NCBI GenBank assembly: GCA_040285825.1
Contig: JAUPSS010000003.1
Location: forward strand, 3,534,001-3,598,000
Length of the DNA: 64,000 bases
Direction: 5' to 3'
DNA from: Eukaryota sp. TZLM1-RC
Lineage: Eukaryota; Protista; Metamonada: BaSk clade
The notes under the pieces were generated by a model. The model did no database searches. It was not told the origin of the DNA and was given only the letters and a program-made list of their open reading frames with translations. Below, in pieces: positions 58,976 through 64,000 of this stretch. The number at the start of each line of letters is the position of its first letter. Within the stretch, counting starts at the first letter, position 1. The position numbers and the translations under genes were made by a program.

Positions 58976-60790
58976 TCTGGAACGCTTCTGGTCTTCTTCC
59001 ATAGTAGCACTCACTAATTGCAATTTCTAGTTGATTTAGTGATGCAGAAATGTCTCTAGACCAAACTTGATTACATTCCGGACAACTGAAATATGCGTTG
59101 TGAACTTTAACTTCACCATCAACTTTTCGATAGATCTTTTGGTGTAGCATCTTACAGCAGTTCACCTTTGCAGATGTCATGTATTCATCTCCGATCTTCA
59201 CATTAGCAAATGAACGTTGTAACCACTTGAGAAACGCCTTGCGTGGAGTTTTCACTTTTTGACGTGATGGACCACCACCTCCATTGCCAAACCACACCTT
59301 TACTTCTCGACCGTTTGCAAATTTTTTCACATTGTTGATAATTGTTGTTTTCTTATAAAGAAGTCAAATGTGTTTTTCCTCAATGCTTTTCAAGCACTCA
59401 GATATAATTGCTGCTTCAGCAATGATCGTCTTACGTTATTACCTTCATAGTCCTTATAGTCACCGATAGTTGATATTTCAAGCAGATAATGGTTCAATTT
59501 CTGCACGTCATAAACATCTATTGATGAGTGGGTCAGTGAAGCGGAGTGATTGATTTTCGTTGCTTTGGTGCCAAGTAGATATTGGATACGGTCGGCCCTG
59601 AACGTGTTCCATTGCTTTGAATCACTTAGATTTGAGTGGTTGGGGTCGATGTCCCAGAACACCATTTCCGTCTCATCATCAGGTGCCTGCCACTCAGTAG
59701 CTTTTGGTTTCTGGCGAGGTCTTGGCCGTTCAACCTTGGCTTGCAAGGTATGTTTTCTATTCCGAGTGGTTTCGTAGTAATCAAGTTTCCCTCTGGATCT
59801 CTTATCAGCCAAGGCTTCTCCAGACAATCTCACTCGTGTTGCTTTTGGGTGGGGTTTGAAAGTTATACGGACACTATCACCATTAGAAGACATGGTGTAG
59901 TCATTAGCTTTTGTTCTAAAAAATAAATAAGGGTTTTTAAAATTGTTTGTGATGTGGTTTTGGAGATAAAGTGGTTGAGAACCTTGGTGGAAAAGGGAGC
60001 AAAAGCAGGTTTCAAACTAGCGATGGGGGTGAGTCTCTGTCGTCTGAAGGTAGGCGGAAAGGCTTGCTCGAGGATTTTGGATTGTTAATCCGCAACGAAA
60101 GATGTAGGTACTGTTCCCTTGATCAAGGATCACTCTTCGGGAAGAAAGAAGAATGTTGTACCTTTGAGGATCACCAACCAAAAAGTTAAGCAGAGTGACA
60201 GCCATTGTATGGTGTGTGTTGAACGAAGAAAGAAGAGGTTCCCGAAAGTTCGTGTTATTGTGAAGTACAGAACCAGCTTAAGTGGCCGGTGCAGGGCAGC
60301 TATGTCAAATTGCATACGAGCGGAAGAAGTTGAGCTTCCAAGACACAAGACCATCAGCAAGAAGCTGCTGGTAGTTACATTCCAGCTGGCGGCACTTTGC
60401 ATCCACTAGTTGTTGTAGAAGCCTACTAGTGGGTAGTGGACGATTACGACCTGTTCTTGACAAGAACAAAACAGCAAACGGTCATGATGTAGAGATTCGA
60501 TTGAGCTTCTCATACACATGGTCCTTGCCAGGTCTGTTGAATGGACGTCTGACTTATGGCTCAGAGACCGCCACAAAGTCAAAACACTGGATCCAGAATT
60601 GATGCTGTCTTCAGGGAAGCGCACAGCAAAAACTCTGACCAGCAAGTTGCCCAAATGAGCCATGGGGTCAGCTTAGTCAGCTGTCCATCAATAGAATCAC
60701 ACACTGGCCGCTCAAGGAACTGATGAAGGGAGCAAGCAGGTGTCCATGACTGCATAGACCTTACTGAAAACGGAAGATGCACAGACAATC
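58959..60790 (-). pseudogene. Fanzor (eukaryotic TnpB-like RNA-guided RuvC nuclease), disrupted by stops and frameshifts
   Basis: SSNGDSVRITF, WDIDPN (RuvC-I), VWFGNG, GDEYMTS (RuvC-II), CC..CPEC zinc finger, WSRDISASLN (RuvC-III), RPEAFQR terminus. Confidence 0.85.
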
Positions 60791-61414
60791 AGAAATGATT
60801 GATTTCTCAGTTTCAGTTACTTTTAAAATTTGGTTTATTTTCAACTTCTTACATCCACAAAACAATAAAACACCGACAAACTGATATATAGACACAACTG
60901 ATATATAATAGATACTGGACCTTCTTTAAGCAGTTTCTTTTCTAAAAATGGTAAACTGATGTGAAATTTGATGAAATTGTTGTTAGTCAAAGCAGTTGTT
61001 CGTTTCATCAAGGGTGTTTGTAGATTCAATAAATTCGTAAAATTTCACAATTTAATTCCTTTATTCAGTACAAACACGTTACCAAGGGAAGTCGCAACAC
61101 CCGTTTCTTCCTTTTTGTCTCTTTCCCTCTTTGACGAAGAACCTCTTGCTCCTCGTTCAATTATATCTGAGTTCGCCAGTGATTTTGGTGGAACTGTTTT
61201 TTGCGTTCAACAGATCTACCCGACAACTCCTTGCTTTCTTGGTCGAGAAGCTTTTTAAAGTCCTTCAGTACTTGTAGGGTGAGGGGAGATTCCCTGAAAC
61301 CGTCTATAGTCTCGTTAAGCGTTTGTACCGAAACACAATTCTCTAACTCTGCGTACAGAAACGTATCTGGCGGGAGAGACTCCACAAAGTCCGTTGGTTT
61401 AGCACTCAATCTAA

Positions 61415-62899
61415 TACAAGCTTTAACCCAATCAGGCCACATTAGCAAAAACCAAAGTCTTCATAAACTTTCCAAAAGCGATTTCTACTGGCCAAACATG
61501 AGAAAAAATCTCATCAAACATATAGAACGTTGTCCTACTTGTTAGAAAACAGCACCAGTAAAGCAATCAAAGACTTCCTCAACTGGTTCCCTGTGGGCTA
61601 ATCGCCCTTTCCCAAAATTAAACGTGGATACAATTGGACCACTCAATAAAGACAACAACGATAATAAATATTTATTAGTCTTCGTCGATTCATTCACAAA
61701 GTATACAATACTTGTACCTTTAAAAAAACTCAATGCCTTAGAAGTAGCAGATGCTTTGATATGGAATGTCTGCGTTGCTTTTGGCATACCTATGTCTATA
61801 CATAGTGGAAATGGTCCTGAGTTCGCCAACGAAATATTTAAATTGCTTTGCCAAAGAATGTCAATTGAAGTATCTAATTCAATTCCTTACCATTCTGAAA
61901 GTAATGAATTGGTTGAAAGAAAACAGAGATGTGATACAATATAAGGAAATTATTAATAAATTACAACGACTATGATGAATGGTCCACATATGCACCAATA
62001 ACTCAACTAATAATTAATTCAACCAAAAATAGAATAACAAATCACATTCCATACGAACTGATGTTTGGGTCATCTATCAGCCCAAGATCAGATCCTGCTA
62101 ACATCCTAGGAGGCATTTTCGATTTTGAATCCAATGTACCAATTTTGCAAGACTTCAAATTTAAGAATGACCGTCTTCAAAAAAGATGGGAAGAAGCAGA
62201 GCATCACCAATTATTAAACACACCCAGTGATACGAAAAACATAGATGAAAACACATTTAATATTGGTGACTATATTCTTCGAAAGACTAAACAACCTAAT
62301 AAATGAGCACGGATTTTGGTTAGACTCATAACTGGTTTTAGAAACCCCCTACAACTCCACTTTATTTATAAAGAACCTGACGACTGGTGAACAAACAGAA
62401 GTATCCAAGAGGGACTGTAAAATTTACAACACTGATGCTCCTAACGATGTTGATCTACTTAGGGCAATCGCAGCTACAGATTCAGGTAAACATGTCATCG
62501 AAGAAATCCTTGACGAGTATAATACTGCTCAAGGAGACTACTGTACTGTAAGATGATTTGGTGGAGATACTACCGAGGAACCACTCCATTCTATCAGAAT
62601 TCAGAAGCGTATCAACGATTTAATAAGAAACCAAATAAACGAAAACGTAAATCTATTGAATCCAACAACGCAGCTCGGGCTCTCCCCGTGCATCAGCAAA
62701 AGCGTAATCCGCAAAGGAAGTGGAAGAACAACTGTACATAATTTTAATTAAGAAAACAGGAGAAGGTAGTGTAGGTATCTCACTAGTGAGTACCTAAGTA
62801 TATATATAGAATAACATTAAATAAAATTATCTTTATCCTAACCCACCTTACACATAAATCTATACTGACACCCAGCTAGCATAATGCCTAACGGCAACA
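61415..62899 (+). mobile_element. 3' part of a degenerate family-C gypsy element: integrase, chromodomain-like region, PPT, LTR 62770-62899
   Basis: GH..FYWP..CPTC, DTIGP, FVDSFTK, GNGPEF; PPT AGAAAACAGGAGAAGG. Confidence 0.85.
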
Positions 62900-63830
62900 A
62901 ATAAAAACATAGGAACATCGATTTTTGCATCAGGACCACCTGTCAGCTTGACTACTAGCGTCATTCCTTGCGATTCACTTACGACGTCTGCACATCGAAC
63001 TTCTTCATCTCCAACAAACCCTAAAGTCTTCCCATTGTCCATGTTAATTCTGAAATGTGTTTAATTGAAGTTAGAAATAAGAACATCTTCCAAGCTTTCC
63101 GCAAACCTGCGAGAAACAGTTTCTAAATGACACGCCACAGCTCGTTCAATTTGCTCCAGTTTAACAACACCCACAGAAAGTTTTCCTGTCTGTGTACGGT
63201 TGACAATATGTCTTTGTCGTAAACTGCTGTATCCATTTTGTTTGGATTCTTTCGGCAAGTGGTTTTATGCTTTTGTTTTGAGTATCTATTGGATCATGTC
63301 AATTTCTTTCAATTGGGATGGGTACTTTCTCTAAGAATGTGCAAAGCAACCTCTAGTAAGATGCTGGAATCAAGCTTACAGCACACCTTCTTCATAAGCT
63401 CGAATTCTCTTAGAAGATGTTTGTAGAGCCATTCAACTTAAGCAGCTGTTTTTCTTCCTCTTCCAGTTCTGGTCTTTAGCAACAGTTTTTTGACTGTTCT
63501 GCCCTGTTTCCGTTGAATGGAAATTTTTTCTGTTTCGAGGCTTTTCAAAAATGAATGACGTCCACCAGTTTGAAGCTTTCTTAATATTGGCGTTTGCAGA
63601 AGATCTAAAGTGTTCAGGAAACTGTTTGACAGCAGCTGCCATTAATCCTCTTTCAGTGGCTTCTTCTATAGCCCAGTTCTTTATCCACTGTAGAACAGAT
63701 TTTCGGGCTTGTTTTGTGGATACTTGTTGTATTCTTCTTTTGGAACCGACAGTGGAAGAAATTATTTCAGCAACAGGAGAGGTATCAGATTCGTTGATTC
63801 AGGCTCAGTAGCACATATATATAGATGGTT
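62900..63830 (-). pseudogene. pogo/Tc1-mariner-like DDE transposase relic
   Basis: N..*THFRINMDNGKTLGFVGDEEVRCADVVS..GMTLVVKLTGG resembles DETHF-type DDE transposases; cut by the LTR at 62899. Confidence 0.65.
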
Positions 63831-64000
63831 GTTCCACGTCTTCATCAAGAGGTGTAATGCGGGAAAATGCCTGGGGAAGAGGATACCCCGAAAAGCGGTT
63901 ATTCATAAATATATGTAATGAAGAATTGGAATTATTACAGTGTACACTTTATTGAATAAATACATTTTTGTTTTGAGCTTGAAGAAATAAAGGGTTGAAA

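Noticed and set aside
59917-59983. GT...TTTTTTAG intron in the Fanzor gene
   Set aside because: Splicing would not restore the frame; a frameshift gives a sensible Fanzor-like reading (KNPYLFFRTK).
1-64000. tRNA, rRNA, telomeric repeats, or an alternative genetic code to explain stops
   Set aside because: No such RNA genes or repeats recognised; stops differ between copies and occur with frameshifts, while VPS9 is open in the standard code.

Overview
AT-rich eukaryotic DNA (standard code, no introns needed to explain the ORFs; probably a protist, which is inference only), made up mostly of nested and rearranged transposons. It contains: (i) several chromovirus-like Ty3/gypsy LTR retrotransposon families with short (80-170 bp) LTRs and 4-bp TSDs; (ii) CRE-like non-LTR retrotransposons with a C-terminal restriction-like endonuclease (RLE) and 9-15 bp TSDs, one carrying a 9 x ~733 bp internal tandem array; (iii) a decayed Fanzor (eukaryotic TnpB) gene followed by a well-folded putative omegaRNA, plus 1-2 further Fanzor relics; (iv) a pogo-like DDE transposase relic and a 3 x 275 bp repeat. 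Only three host-type genes look intact: a tail-to-tail pair of an SRF/Mcm1-type MADS-box gene and a PBX-like TALE homeobox gene (3.5-4.8 kb), and a VPS9-domain Rab5 GEF (57-58.7 kb). The 5' half of the homeobox gene has been copied three more times: once inside an LTR element and twice in a 4.2-kb tandem duplication with a fold-back junction. Main leads: the MADS+TALE pair with homeodomain-less copies (possible mating/developmental switch locus), the Fanzor+omegaRNA, a 12-bp palindrome where the tRNA primer-binding site should be in two LTR families, and the satellite forming inside an RT-less non-LTR element. All calls come from manual motif reading with no database searches. Some frameshifts fall in homopolymers and may be sequencing errors.
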